NCBI GenBank assembly: GCA_963718615.1
Contig: OY970368.1
Span: 1,600,001 to 1,664,000, forward strand
Length of the DNA: 64,000 nt
Direction of reading: 5' to 3'
Origin: an uncultured cyanobacterium
GTDB taxonomy: Bacteria > Cyanobacteriota > Cyanobacteriia > PCC-9006 > JAAUQQ01
Part shown: one piece after another, positions 36,508 to 46,943 of the stretch
Layout: every line of letters starts with the position of its first letter
How positions within the stretch are numbered: the stretch's first letter is position 1
Notes under the pieces: model-generated
What the model saw: the letters and a program-made list of their open reading frames with translations, nothing else
Databases searched by the model: none
What the model was told of the DNA's origin: nothing
Program-made: the position numbers and the translations under genes

Positions 36508-37869
36508 ATGTCTGATTTAACACCGATCCTGAATACTTTGCCTCGCCTGTGGATTCGGCAGGCGCGGATTTTGCAGCCTTCAGGAGATTTTGTAGTAGGG
36601 GATGTGCAGGTCGAAAATGGCACGATCCGGGCGATCGCCCCTACGCTCCCAGCCGCTGCTCCCCACGATACTGAAATTGACGCAGCCGGGTTGACTTTGT
36701 TGCCGGGGGTAATTGATCCCCAGGTCCATTTTCGCGATCCGGGGCTGGAGCACAAGGAGGATTTGTACACGGCTTCGCGGGCCTGTGCGCGGGGTGGGGT
36801 GACATCGTTCTTGGAGATGCCTAATACCAAGCCTCTGACGACGACCCAGGAAACCCTGGATCAGAAGCTGGCGATCGCCGCCCAAAAGTCCCGTGTCAAC
36901 TACGGATTTTTCATTGGGGCCACGCCGGAGAATTTGCCGGACCTGCGTACGGCCAATCCCACACCGGGGATTAAAGCCTTTATGGGGTCGATGCATGGGC
37001 CGCTGTTGGTGGATACGGAACAGATTTTGGAGCCCATTTTTGCGGAAGGCACTCGCCTAATTGCCGTCCATGCGGAAGACCAAGCGCGGATTGTAGAACG
37101 ACGCCAGCAATTTTTGACCCATGCCGATCCGGCTGAACTGCCGCCGGATATTCACTCGGAAATTCAGGATGTGACCGCTGCGCTCAATGCCACGAAGCTG
37201 GCGCTCAAGCTCTCGAAAAAATATCAACGCCGCCTGCATATTCTCCATCTGTCTACCGGGGCTGAGGCAGAACTGCTGCGCCAGGACAAGCCCCCATGGG
37301 TGACTGCCGAGGTCTTACCCCAGCATCTATTGCTCAACCGGGAAGCCTACTGGGACCTGGGCAGTTTGGTCCAGATGAATCCGCCCATTCGCACTGCCGA
37401 AGATAACGAAATTCTCTGGCAGGCACTCCTCGATGGGGTCATTGACTTCATTGCCACGGACCATGCGCCCCATACCCTGGAAGAAAAAACCCAGCCCTAT
37501 CCTGCTACCCCCTCAGGTATGCCGGGGGTGGAGACTTCGCTGCCGCTGATGCTGACCCAGGCCATGAAGGGTCGCTGTACGGTGGCCCAGGTGGCGGCTT
37601 GGATGTCGACGAACGTGGCGAAGGCCTATCGGATACCGAATAAGGGGGCGATCGCCCCCGGCTACGACGCCGACTTGATCCTCGTCGATCTCGACACCTA
37701 CAAACCTGTCCGGCGGGAAGATCTGCAAACCAAATGCGGCTGGAGTCCCTTCGAGGGCTGGGAACTGACGGGCTGGCCGGTGGTCACGATGGTCGGGGGA
37801 CAAATTGCCTTTAACCGGGGTGAATTTAACGACGATTGTCGGGGCCAAGCCCTGCGGTTTGACGCTTAG
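36508..37869 (+). CDS. pyrC: Dihydroorotase
   Basis: IDPQVHFRDPG, EMPNT, HAED, HILHLST, ATDHAPH. Confidence 0.8.
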   Translation: MSDLTPILNTLPRLWIRQARILQPSGDFVVGDVQVENGTIRAIAPTLPAAAPHDTEIDAAGLTLLPGVIDPQVHFRDPGLEHKEDLYTASRACARGGVTSFLEMPNTKPLTTTQETLDQKLAIAAQKSRVNYGFFIGATPENLPDLRTANPTPGIKAFMGSMHGPLLVDTEQILEPIFAEGTRLIAVHAEDQARIVERRQQFLTHADPAELPPDIHSEIQDVTAALNATKLALKLSKKYQRRLHILHLSTGAEAELLRQDKPPWVTAEVLPQHLLLNREAYWDLGSLVQMNPPIRTAEDNEILWQALLDGVIDFIATDHAPHTLEEKTQPYPATPSGMPGVETSLPLMLTQAMKGRCTVAQVAAWMSTNVAKAYRIPNKGAIAPGYDADLILVDLDTYKPVRREDLQTKCGWSPFEGWELTGWPVVTMVGGQIAFNRGEFNDDCRGQALRFDA

Positions 37870-37965
37870 CCCTCTCTTCGGTCTCCTTGTGTCCTCTGTC
37901 CCTGGGGCGAATATTTCCTTGCAGGACGGGTGCCACAATAGAAAGCAGGATAAAAAGGATGTTTC

Positions 37966-40848
37966 ATGAAACCCGCTCTCTCCCGTGATTCCTCGTCGTC
38001 TCGCGGCAATTTGTCGTCTGCTAGCAATTTATCGGCGGACGACTCTGCGCCAGAAAACCTCACGGCTTGGCACCATCTCACCGCCGAGCAAGCCCTCACT
38101 CAGTTAGACAGTGACAGAGAGCAGGGCCTGACGGCAGTGGCCTTGCAGGAGCGGCAGCGGCGCTATGGTCCCAATGAGCTAGAGGAACAGGCCGGACGGA
38201 GCACTTGGGTGATCATCATTGACCAGTTCTCCAACATCATGTTGCTGATGCTGATTGCGGTGGCGATCGTCTCGGCGGTGTTGTCGATCCGGGCTGATGA
38301 GTTTCCTAAGGATGCGGTGGCGATCTCCCTGATCGTCGTCCTCAACGGCATTTTGGGCTATCTCCAGGAAAGCCGTGCCGAAAAAGCCTTAGCAGCGCTC
38401 AAGAAACTCTCTTCCCCCCGAGTGCGGGTGATTCGCGAGGGCCAAACCCAGGAGGTGGACGCCCTCAAGCTCGTGCCGGGGGACATCATGCTTCTAGAGG
38501 CTGGGGGACAGGTGGCGGCGGATGGGCGGTTGCTGGAGGTGGCGAGTCTGCAAATTCGGGAGTCGGCCCTGACCGGCGAGGCCCAGGCAGTGAATAAACG
38601 TCCGGCGGAGGTTTTGGAGGAAGATGCACCCTTGGGCGATCGCCGCAATCTCGTCTTCCAAGGCACCGAAGTGGTACAAGGCCGGGGTAAAGTCCTGGTG
38701 ACCAACACGGGGATGCGCACAGAACTAGGCCGCATCGCCGCCATGCTCCAAGGCGTCGAGTCAGAGCCTACCCCGCTCCAGCAGCGCATGGGCCACCTGG
38801 GGAATGTCCTGGTGTTTGGCTCCCTGGGCATTGTTTTGTTAGTCGTCGTTAGCGGCGTCCTACGCTACGGCTGGGGCATGTTCGAGGATTTACTAGAGGT
38901 TTCCTTGAGTATGGCGGTGGCGGTGGTGCCCGAGGGCTTGCCAGCGGTGATTACGGTGACCTTGGCCATCGGCACCCAGCGGATGGTGCGTCGCCATGCC
39001 CTGATCCGCAAACTGCCTGCGGTGGAAACCCTGGGTTCCGTCACGACAATTTGCTCCGATAAAACCGGGACGCTGACCCAAAACAAAATGGTGGTGCAGG
39101 CGGTTCAAACCTTGCGCTACAGACTCAAGATCGGCGGTGAAGGCTATGAGCCGGCGGGGGAGTATCAGCTCATTGAAGGAGAGGGAACGGTGGATGAGGC
39201 GATCGCCAGCCCTGAACTCCAGCTCCTCCTGCTCGACGGCATTCTCTGTAACGACGCCAGTTTGCAAGAAGACAACGGCACCTGGACCATACTCGGCGAC
39301 CCCACCGAAGGCGCACTCCTACCCCTCGCGGCCAAAGTCGGTTACTGGCAAGACCACTGGTCCCAGCAACTCCCCCGCCGCGCCGAAATCCCCTTTTCCT
39401 CCGATCGCAAACGCATGAGCATCGCCTGCGAATGCCCCCCTAAAACCTCTATACCCCTACTCCCCACCCCCTCCTACCTTCTTCTCACCAAAGGCTCCCC
39501 CGAACTCACCCTAGAACGCTGCACCACCGTCCAAGTCGGCCCCGAACCCCAGCCGCTTACCCCCGAACTCCGGGACAAAATTCTGGAGCAGAACAAACAA
39601 CTCGCCAGCCGAGGTCTACGAGTTTTGGGGTTTGCCTATCGCCCCTTAACGGAACTGCGAGACTCAGATCTATCGGATTTAGATGAATCCCTTGAACAGG
39701 AGCTGATTTGGCTCGGCCTTGTGGGAATGCTCGATGCCCCCCGACCTGAGGTGCGAGAGGCGGTGGCTAAATGTCGGCAGGCCGGGATTCGACCAATGAT
39801 GATTACTGGAGACCACCAGTTGACGGCGGAGGCGATCGCCCAGGACCTCGGCATCTCCCAACCCGGCGAACCCAGCCTCGATGGCCGCAGCCTCGACAAA
39901 CTTTCCCCAGAGGAATTGGCTGAACAGGTGCAGCGGGTCAATGTCTACGCCCGTGTCGCCCCCGAGCACAAGCTCCGCATTGTCCGAGCCCTACAAAAGC
40001 AGGGTCGATTTGTTGCCATGACCGGCGATGGCGTCAACGACGCGCCAGCCCTGAAACAGGCGGATATTGGCATCGCCATGGGCATCACCGGCACCGACGT
40101 CAGCAAAGAGGCCAGCGATATGGTTCTGCTCGACGACAACTTTGCCACGATCGTCGCCGCCACGGAAGAAGGCCGGGTGGTTTACAACAATATTCGTCGA
40201 TTTATCAAATATATTCTGGGGTCCAATATTGGCGAAGTGCTTACCATTGCAGCGTCGCCGCTCCTGGGTTTTGGCGGTTCGCCCCTGACGCCCCTGCAAA
40301 TCCTCTGGATGAACCTGGTCACGGACGGCTTCCCAGCCCTAGCTCTTGCTGTCGAACCCGCTGACCCCCAGGTGATGCAGCGTCCGCCGTTTAATCCCAA
40401 GGAAAGCATTTTTGCGCGGGGTATGGGCTGGTACATGCTGCGGATTGGTCTGGTGTTTTCGATTGTGACGATCGCCATGATGAGCTGGGCCTACGGCTAT
40501 ACCACCCGTTCTGCCACGGTCGACCTCAGCCCCGATCGTTGGAAGACCATGGTCTTTACGACGCTGTGTTTAGCCCAGATGGGCCATGCGATCGCCGTTC
40601 GCTCCAGTAGCCGCCTCACCGTGGAAATGAATCCCTTTTCAAATCCCTACGTTCTCCTCTCGGTGGCGGTTACAACGGTATTGCAATTACTGTTAATCTA
40701 TCTGCCGCCCTTGCGGAATTTCTTTGGCACCCATCTGCTCAGCGGACCGGAGTTGCTAGCCTGTTTTGGCTTCAGTTCCCTGATGTTTGTTTGGATTGAA
40801 ACTGAAAAGCTTGTTCTGCGAATGTTTGGAAAAACACCAAGTGAATAA
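37966..40848 (+). CDS. Cation-translocating P-type ATPase (Ca2+ type, P2A-like)
   Basis: SALTGE, PEGL, DKTGTLT phosphorylation site, [18 protein letters not shown]. Confidence 0.95.
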   Translation: MKPALSRDSSSSRGNLSSASNLSADDSAPENLTAWHHLTAEQALTQLDSDREQGLTAVALQERQRRYGPNELEEQAGRSTWVIIIDQFSNIMLLMLIAVAIVSAVLSIRADEFPKDAVAISLIVVLNGILGYLQESRAEKALAALKKLSSPRVRVIREGQTQEVDALKLVPGDIMLLEAGGQVAADGRLLEVASLQIRESALTGEAQAVNKRPAEVLEEDAPLGDRRNLVFQGTEVVQGRGKVLVTNTGMRTELGRIAAMLQGVESEPTPLQQRMGHLGNVLVFGSLGIVLLVVVSGVLRYGWGMFEDLLEVSLSMAVAVVPEGLPAVITVTLAIGTQRMVRRHALIRKLPAVETLGSVTTICSDKTGTLTQNKMVVQAVQTLRYRLKIGGEGYEPAGEYQLIEGEGTVDEAIASPELQLLLLDGILCNDASLQEDNGTWTILGDPTEGALLPLAAKVGYWQDHWSQQLPRRAEIPFSSDRKRMSIACECPPKTSIPLLPTPSYLLLTKGSPELTLERCTTVQVGPEPQPLTPELRDKILEQNKQLASRGLRVLGFAYRPLTELRDSDLSDLDESLEQELIWLGLVGMLDAPRPEVREAVAKCRQAGIRPMMITGDHQLTAEAIAQDLGISQPGEPSLDGRSLDKLSPEELAEQVQRVNVYARVAPEHKLRIVRALQKQGRFVAMTGDGVNDAPALKQADIGIAMGITGTDVSKEASDMVLLDDNFATIVAATEEGRVVYNNIRRFIKYILGSNIGEVLTIAASPLLGFGGSPLTPLQILWMNLVTDGFPALALAVEPADPQVMQRPPFNPKESIFARGMGWYMLRIGLVFSIVTIAMMSWAYGYTTRSATVDLSPDRWKTMVFTTLCLAQMGHAIAVRSSSRLTVEMNPFSNPYVLLSVAVTTVLQLLLIYLPPLRNFFGTHLLSGPELLACFGFSSLMFVWIETEKLVLRMFGKTPSE

Positions 40849-41168
40849 CGTGGTTGCAACGGTTTGGGACTGAAATCCGGTGGAATGAGGGATCGTTAAC
40901 TTTCAATGCGATCGCGCCCAACTCTTTTTGATCCCGACTAACTTGGAGCATAAGTGGGATTGGGAATAATCGATTTTTATCGAAACCTTAGACTGTCCCT
41001 TGAATCTAGCTTTGTGCTCAAAGCTTTTTTGTTTTCTAAGGGATATTTCTAGCCGAAGAAAGAGTCTAAGGAAAAGCTAAAGCTTTAACTTATTAGCATC
41101 AGGACGCGCTTAGATAGTGACTGGCCTGATGTGAGATAGCGATTGTGTCCAGAACAAGAGAGCGAGCC

Positions 41169-41381
41169 ATGCGCCAGTATACAAAAGACCCGACGCAAAC
41201 GCTGATTCAGGCGGTCCATTGCCCGAACTGTGGCCATCTGGCTGAGCGGGAGTACGTGAAAGAGCAATGTCTTGTGCGTACCCAATGTGCTTGCTGCGAC
41301 TATTTATTGGTGACCAGCGAAGACCGAAATATTGTACGGGTGATCGAGTCCTATGCACCAGGGTTGACCTCAGCACCCTAG
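41169..41381 (+). CDS. Small zinc-ribbon protein
   Basis: CPNCG...QCACCDY motif and VIESYAPG end, a conserved small cyanobacterial family. Confidence 0.65.
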   Translation: MRQYTKDPTQTLIQAVHCPNCGHLAEREYVKEQCLVRTQCACCDYLLVTSEDRNIVRVIESYAPGLTSAP

Positions 41382-41444
41382 AAGCTTTGGTCGGAGAAGT
41401 GCCCCTCGCAGGGACAAACCGCCGTTTGTCCAGCTAACGCTCAG

Positions 41445-41765
41445 CTAAATCCTTGAAATTGAACTTTTCAAAGAAGCTAAAACTGCCTTCAGCAGTCCTG
41501 GAAACTGCTGCTCCAGTTCTTCTTGGCGCAGCGAATTGAGCAACTGCGTGCCTTCCTTGCGTGAAAAAATTACCCCCGCCTCCCGCAAAATCTTGAAGTG
41601 ATGGGAGAGCGTAGACTTGGCCACCGAACAGTCTAGGGAAGCACAGCTCAGTTCTCCCGCCTCTGCTAGTTTTCGCACAATCTCTAGACGAACCGGATCC
41701 CCTAGCGCGTACAAAACTCCCGCTAGGGTGATTTGTTGAGAGTCAGGATGGAACAACATTCGCAT
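41445..41765 (-). CDS. ArsR/SmtB-like HTH transcriptional regulator
   Basis: ALGDPVRLEIV, KSTLSHHFKILREAG. Confidence 0.9.
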   Translation of the reverse strand: MRMLFHPDSQQITLAGVLYALGDPVRLEIVRKLAEAGELSCASLDCSVAKSTLSHHFKILREAGVIFSRKEGTQLLNSLRQEELEQQFPGLLKAVLASLKSSISRI

Positions 41766-41793
41766 AGTTGCATTATGACATGAATGGGCGCTA

Positions 41794-41822
41794 TAGTTCA
41801 ATTGTTCGGCTATTTTGAACTA
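41794..41822. promoter_or_regulatory. Inverted-repeat operator candidate
   Basis: TAGTTCAA-N13-TTGAACTA between the divergent regulator and alkene reductase genes. Confidence 0.55.
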
Positions 41823-41875
41823 GCAAACAAACCTCGTCGTTGCTTCTTTTTTCGCAAAACATTTCCAGATTTTCC

Positions 41876-42976
41876 ATGGCTGATCTTTCTACACTTTTTC
41901 AACCCCTAACCCTTGGGGTAATGACCCTGCCCAACCGAGTGATTATGGCTCCGCTGACCCGAGGCCGCTCAGGCCAAGATCGCGTTCCCAATGACTTGAT
42001 GAGCGAATATTATGTGCAACGGGCTCGCGCTGGACTGATTATCACTGAGGCCACGTCTATCTCCGAGCAGGGGTTGGGCTGGGACCAATCTCCCGGCATT
42101 TATACCGAGGCTCAGACCGAAGGTTGGCGCAAAATTGTCGAGGCAGTCCACGCCGCCGGGGGCAAAATTGTCCTACAGCTTTGGCATGTGGGGCGGGCTT
42201 CCCATCCCGATTTTCAGCCCGATGGGGGTTTACCGGTGTCGTCTTCGGCGGTGAAGCCTGAGGGAGAAATCCACACGCCCAAGGGAAAAAAGCCCTATGT
42301 GACGCCTCGATCCTTGGAACTGGAGGAGATTCCGGGATTGATTCAGGATTATGTGCGAGCTACGGAGCGGGCTCAGGCGGCAGGGTTTGATGGGGTTGAG
42401 GTTCACTCGGCCAATGGTTATTTGCTCGATCAGTTTTTGCGCGATGGTGTGAATCAGCGAACGGATGACTATGGGGGCAGTGTAGAAAATCGGGCACGAT
42501 TGCTACTGGAAGTTGTAGATGCAGTAGTTAAAGCTTGGAATGGCGATCGCGTCGCTGTGCGTTTCTCTCCCTTGAACAAATTCAACGACATGACGGACAG
42601 TAATCCTATAAAAACCTTCAGCTACGCCGCTGAACAACTCAATAAATTTGGCTTGGCCTATCTCCATGTGATGGAGCCGATTGTGGAAAATCACATGATG
42701 TATGCGGAGGGAGAGCCGGTTGTTCCCTATATTCGCAAGGTCTTTTCGGGACCGTTGATGCTAAATGGGGGCTATGACGCAGAAACCGGGGCAGAGGCGA
42801 TCGCCTCCGGTGCGGCGGATTGCATTGCCTACGGCGTTCCGTTTATTGCCAATCCTGACTTGCCGGAACGCTATCGTCTGGGGTTACCGCTAAATGAGCC
42901 GGATTTCAGTACGTTTTATACCCATGATGCGAAGGGCTATATTGATTATCCCTTTGTGCAAGCAGTGAAAGCCTAA
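41876..42976 (+). CDS. Old Yellow Enzyme family alkene reductase (NemA-like)
   Basis: MAPLTR, LQLWHVGR, HSANGYLLDQF, YGGSVENRAR. Confidence 0.93.
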   Translation: MADLSTLFQPLTLGVMTLPNRVIMAPLTRGRSGQDRVPNDLMSEYYVQRARAGLIITEATSISEQGLGWDQSPGIYTEAQTEGWRKIVEAVHAAGGKIVLQLWHVGRASHPDFQPDGGLPVSSSAVKPEGEIHTPKGKKPYVTPRSLELEEIPGLIQDYVRATERAQAAGFDGVEVHSANGYLLDQFLRDGVNQRTDDYGGSVENRARLLLEVVDAVVKAWNGDRVAVRFSPLNKFNDMTDSNPIKTFSYAAEQLNKFGLAYLHVMEPIVENHMMYAEGEPVVPYIRKVFSGPLMLNGGYDAETGAEAIASGAADCIAYGVPFIANPDLPERYRLGLPLNEPDFSTFYTHDAKGYIDYPFVQAVKA

Positions 42977-44355
42977 TCCCCAACAAACGCCTGAAGTTTT
43001 GTTTGCAACTGTTGCGTAATTTCATGCACCGCTTGCCGACTGGCTCGACGGGAGGGATTGTGCTCACAAACCTGGCGATAGATCTCCGTGGCGGAAATCG
43101 GTTCGCCAATCGAAATCTGCGCCTGTCGCAACCCTAGCTTGGGTCGTTTAAAGGGATCGCTGCCCTTGAGTCGGGCTAATAAATCCCAAACCAGCAGCGC
43201 CGATTCCGCAAACCGTTCCGGCGTCAGTTTCTCGCGCACATAGGACCCCGTTACTGCCACAAAGGTCTCGACGATACGCATGTGCCAAAGCCGTTGTGCC
43301 GCTTCCTCAGCCACGCGATCGGCCAGACCCCGTTCCAGGGGACTCAGCTTGGCCAAATCGCCCAAATCTTCCCGATAAATTCGGTCCCAACCCGCCTGCT
43401 CTAGCCGTCGACAGCGATCGATAAGGCTGCCCTTGGGGTCTAGACCAAAATAGGATTCTGCAACTTTGAGCGCCGCATCCAGGAGGGCCTGGAGGCGATC
43501 GCCAAATTCATCCGCTGCCAAAATCTCTAGTTCTGGAAACGGAGCTAGCGGTTGGCAATGAAATTGTCGGTAAAAATCCTCCATGCGCTGGAGTAGAGTT
43601 TGGGCGAGGCGGTAGAGGCGGGGGTAGAGGGTGGTGGGGGTGGGGTGTGATGGGGTGGGGGTGTGATGGGGGGATAAACCGCAGTCGGTTTCTAGGTGGG
43701 TGAGGAGTTGGGCGATCGCCTCCCAGGGTTCTTCGGTGTAGGTGTAGCGAATGCCGATGGGGAGAATGATCACGGTTTGATTACAACCGGCCTTACGGAG
43801 ATCTTCAATCCCCCAGACGGCCAGTTGGGCTAAGCCGGGTTCCAGGGGGCTGACGATTTCGCTGTGGCCGTTGGTGGCTCCTTCTGGGGCGATCGCCAAG
43901 GGAAATTGGCCTTGGGTTAAAATCCCTCGGGCGGTGCGTAGCCCTTTCAAATCCACCTTGCCCCGCAGAATGGGGATGCCGCCCAGCCGGGAATAGAGCC
44001 AGCCCACGCCTTCGCCGGCCCAGAGGGGAATGCCGCGATCGTAGAGAAAGTGAAAATGGGTGGGGGATTGTAGGGATTGACGATGTTGGCGGGCGGCCTG
44101 GGGAAGAGCAGAGGCCATGAGGTGCAACAGACAGAGAGGATCGTCGGCGCTGGGATGGCGAAAGGCTAGAATTAAGCGGATTTTTCCGTTCTGGAATTGT
44201 TGATAATGGGTAATTAGGCGATCGAGGGGAGCGGCTTGAACCTGGGCGATCGCCCCCTTCCATCGCATCCAAGCGGGTAACGCCAGTCTGGTGCCTTGCA
44301 GGACCCAGGGATTAAAGGCGGGAGGAAGAAACTGAAGCGGTGGCTGAGCTGTCAT
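42973..44355 (-). CDS. Phospholipid/glycerol acyltransferase family protein
   Basis: FRHPSADDP (HxxxxD), APEGATNG; start set at ATG 44355 because the upstream extension overlaps the PBP gene. Confidence 0.85.
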   Translation of the reverse strand: MTAQPPLQFLPPAFNPWVLQGTRLALPAWMRWKGAIAQVQAAPLDRLITHYQQFQNGKIRLILAFRHPSADDPLCLLHLMASALPQAARQHRQSLQSPTHFHFLYDRGIPLWAGEGVGWLYSRLGGIPILRGKVDLKGLRTARGILTQGQFPLAIAPEGATNGHSEIVSPLEPGLAQLAVWGIEDLRKAGCNQTVIILPIGIRYTYTEEPWEAIAQLLTHLETDCGLSPHHTPTPSHPTPTTLYPRLYRLAQTLLQRMEDFYRQFHCQPLAPFPELEILAADEFGDRLQALLDAALKVAESYFGLDPKGSLIDRCRRLEQAGWDRIYREDLGDLAKLSPLERGLADRVAEEAAQRLWHMRIVETFVAVTGSYVREKLTPERFAESALLVWDLLARLKGSDPFKRPKLGLRQAQISIGEPISATEIYRQVCEHNPSRRASRQAVHEITQQLQTKLQAFVGD

Positions 44356-44397
44356 AGGAAGATCATTATAATAAACGCAATTCATTGAACCGGCTGT

Positions 44398-46653
44398 ATG
44401 AGCGATAGGCCACCCCCACGACCCCCCACTCCTCCGAAAACCCTGCTGGGGCAAATGTCCCAATTGGTGCAGCAGGTGCGCACTCAGATGGATTTTTCCC
44501 AAATTCAGCTGCGTCCCAAAGCGAAGGTGCCAGAGTTGATGGTGGAAAATGATAAAGAAGCACCGCAATCCTATCCGCTGTTGGGCGATAGCTATATCAT
44601 TGGTCGTAGTTCCAAGGCAGCTATTACAATCCCCAATCCCATTGTTAGCCAGGTTCACGCCTCGCTCAACCGCAGTCGTCGCAAAGGAACCGGATTTGAG
44701 CTCAAGGATGAAGACTCGACCAATGGCTTCTATTGGGGCAAAAAGCGCTACAACTCCCTCGAACTGCGCCATGGGGACGTGATTACCCTAGGCCCGCCAG
44801 AATTGGCCAATGGGGTACGGCTGCGCTATTTGGACCCGGCACCTTGGTACAAAACGGTTTTACGCTATGGGGCCTACGGTATCGGGGGGATGGCGTTGTT
44901 GACGGCCTTGGCCATCGGCGTCGAGTGGCAAAAGTTTTCGACCAAGCAATTGGGGACGGTGCAGGGACCGATCGCAGCCTATGCGGGCGACGGCACACCG
45001 CTCCAAACCCTCCGCAGCTCCTCCCATCGAGAACTCAAGGGGCTGTCAGAATTTTCCCCCTATTTGCCGAAAGCCGTGGTTGCCTCGGAAGATTCCCGCT
45101 ACTACTGGCATGTGGGCTTCGATCCGGTGCGGGTGGCTTCGGCGATGCTGATCAACATTACCAGCGGTGGGATCCGCGAGGGAGCCAGCACAGTCACCCA
45201 GCAAATCGCCCGCAGCCTCTACCCGGACTATGTGGGAACAGAGGATTCGGTGGGACGAAAAGTTCGCGAAATCATCGTTGCGCTCAAGCTCGAAACCTTC
45301 TACAGCAAGGATTTTCTGCTCAAAACCTATCTCAACCGGGTTTATCTCGGGGTTGGCTATGGGTTTGAGGATGCGGCCCAGAAATATTTCCGCAAATCCG
45401 CCACGGAGCTCACCCTGTCCGAAGCGGCAACCCTGGTGGGGATTTTGCCTGCGCCTAACCGATTTAGCCCCTGCGATGACATCGAAACCGCCACGGGATT
45501 GCGCAATCGGGTCATTAGTCGAATGTTGGATCTGGGGATGATTTCCCAGGAGGAGGCCCAGGCCGGGAGGCGATCGGCGATCGTCGTGGATCCGGCGGTC
45601 TGTCAATCCACGGGTAATATTCTCTCACCCTACTTTTATAGCCAAATTCTCAACGAACTGGAACAGCTCCTGGGAAAGGACGTGGCCCGCGAGGGCAATT
45701 TTATCGTCGAGACCCAGCTTGACCTGCGGTTGCAGAAGCTCGCGGAGGAGTCGCTGCGCAATGCGGTGCGCGATGACGGGCCGGGGTATGGGTTTTCTCA
45801 GGGGGCGATCGCCACCCTCGATGCCAAGTCCGGAGCGGTTCTGGCCCTAGTTGGCGGTGTGGACTACAACGAAAGCCAGTTTAACCGCGCCACCCAAGCC
45901 CTGCGTCAACCGGGGTCCACCTTCAAGCCCTTTGCCTATGCTGCGGCCCTGCGTCAGGGCATTTCGCCCTACAGGACGTTTTCCTGCGCGCCCCTGACCT
46001 GGGAAGGCCAATCCTACGGGGGCTGCGAACGGAGCAGCGGCAGCATTGATATGTTTCGCGCTCTAGCTCAGTCGGAGAACGCGGTTTCCTTACGGATTGC
46101 CCAGGAAGCCAGCCTAGAGGCAGTGGCCCAAACGGCAAAAGATCTGGGGATTCGCTCGGAGCTGAATGCGGTTCCGGGTTTAGTGCTGGGCCAAAGCGAA
46201 GTGACACTGCTGGAGATGGCTGGAGCCTACGGTGTCTTTGCCAATGGCGGTGTGCGCCATCGGCCCCATGCGATTCGGCGGGTGTTGGATAGTAGTCAAT
46301 GTACGGATCCGGGCGATCGCCAAACCTGCCGCGTGGTTTTCGACAGCCGCCAAATGCCCGGTGATAATGAACCGGTGCTTGAACCCTCGGTGGCCAACAC
46401 TATGACGCAAATGTTGCAGGGCGGTGTCAGTGGGGGGACTGGGCGGGCGGCATTTTTGCCAGGATTTGGCGTAGCGGGCAAAACGGGAACGACCAATGAT
46501 TCCATCGATCTTTGGTTTATGGGGTTTGTCCCCAGCCGTCAGTTGGTAACTGGGGTATGGTTGGGTAATGATGACAACAGTCCGACCGCAGGCAGTAGTG
46601 GCAATGCGGCTGCACTCTGGGGGGAATATATGCAGCTAGCTCTTGAGGAATAA
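44398..46653 (+). CDS. FHA domain-containing class A penicillin-binding protein
   Basis: FHA motifs IGRS, SQVHA, STNG; TM; transglycosylase SEDSRY, GASTVTQQ; transpeptidase STFK, SEN, KTG. Confidence 0.93.
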   Translation: MSDRPPPRPPTPPKTLLGQMSQLVQQVRTQMDFSQIQLRPKAKVPELMVENDKEAPQSYPLLGDSYIIGRSSKAAITIPNPIVSQVHASLNRSRRKGTGFELKDEDSTNGFYWGKKRYNSLELRHGDVITLGPPELANGVRLRYLDPAPWYKTVLRYGAYGIGGMALLTALAIGVEWQKFSTKQLGTVQGPIAAYAGDGTPLQTLRSSSHRELKGLSEFSPYLPKAVVASEDSRYYWHVGFDPVRVASAMLINITSGGIREGASTVTQQIARSLYPDYVGTEDSVGRKVREIIVALKLETFYSKDFLLKTYLNRVYLGVGYGFEDAAQKYFRKSATELTLSEAATLVGILPAPNRFSPCDDIETATGLRNRVISRMLDLGMISQEEAQAGRRSAIVVDPAVCQSTGNILSPYFYSQILNELEQLLGKDVAREGNFIVETQLDLRLQKLAEESLRNAVRDDGPGYGFSQGAIATLDAKSGAVLALVGGVDYNESQFNRATQALRQPGSTFKPFAYAAALRQGISPYRTFSCAPLTWEGQSYGGCERSSGSIDMFRALAQSENAVSLRIAQEASLEAVAQTAKDLGIRSELNAVPGLVLGQSEVTLLEMAGAYGVFANGGVRHRPHAIRRVLDSSQCTDPGDRQTCRVVFDSRQMPGDNEPVLEPSVANTMTQMLQGGVSGGTGRAAFLPGFGVAGKTGTTNDSIDLWFMGFVPSRQLVTGVWLGNDDNSPTAGSSGNAAALWGEYMQLALEE

Positions 46654-46943
46654 GGCTCTTCAGGAATTAAGGCTAGAAATATTTCCGATGCTGTCTAATC
46701 AGCATGAAGTGAGGAAATATCTCCAATAATTAGGGGGCTAATTGCTGATGATGGGAGATTATTTAAGGGTGAAAAAATTTTCTAAACAGAGGATTATTGA
46801 CCTGGATCGTCCCATATACAGTTCAACAAAGTACGAGCTCGAAGTTTGTTACACTATGATTTTGAGATAATCCATAACGTTTTATCTTAACATTTGATTC
46901 AGCGGATCTAGTCTTAAGTTGTTCAATTTAGACTTCTAAAAAC

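Noticed and set aside
44356-44772. N-terminal extension of the 599-aa acyltransferase ORF
   Set aside because: Overlaps the FHA-PBP gene antisense; recognisable family sequence starts at ATG 44355.
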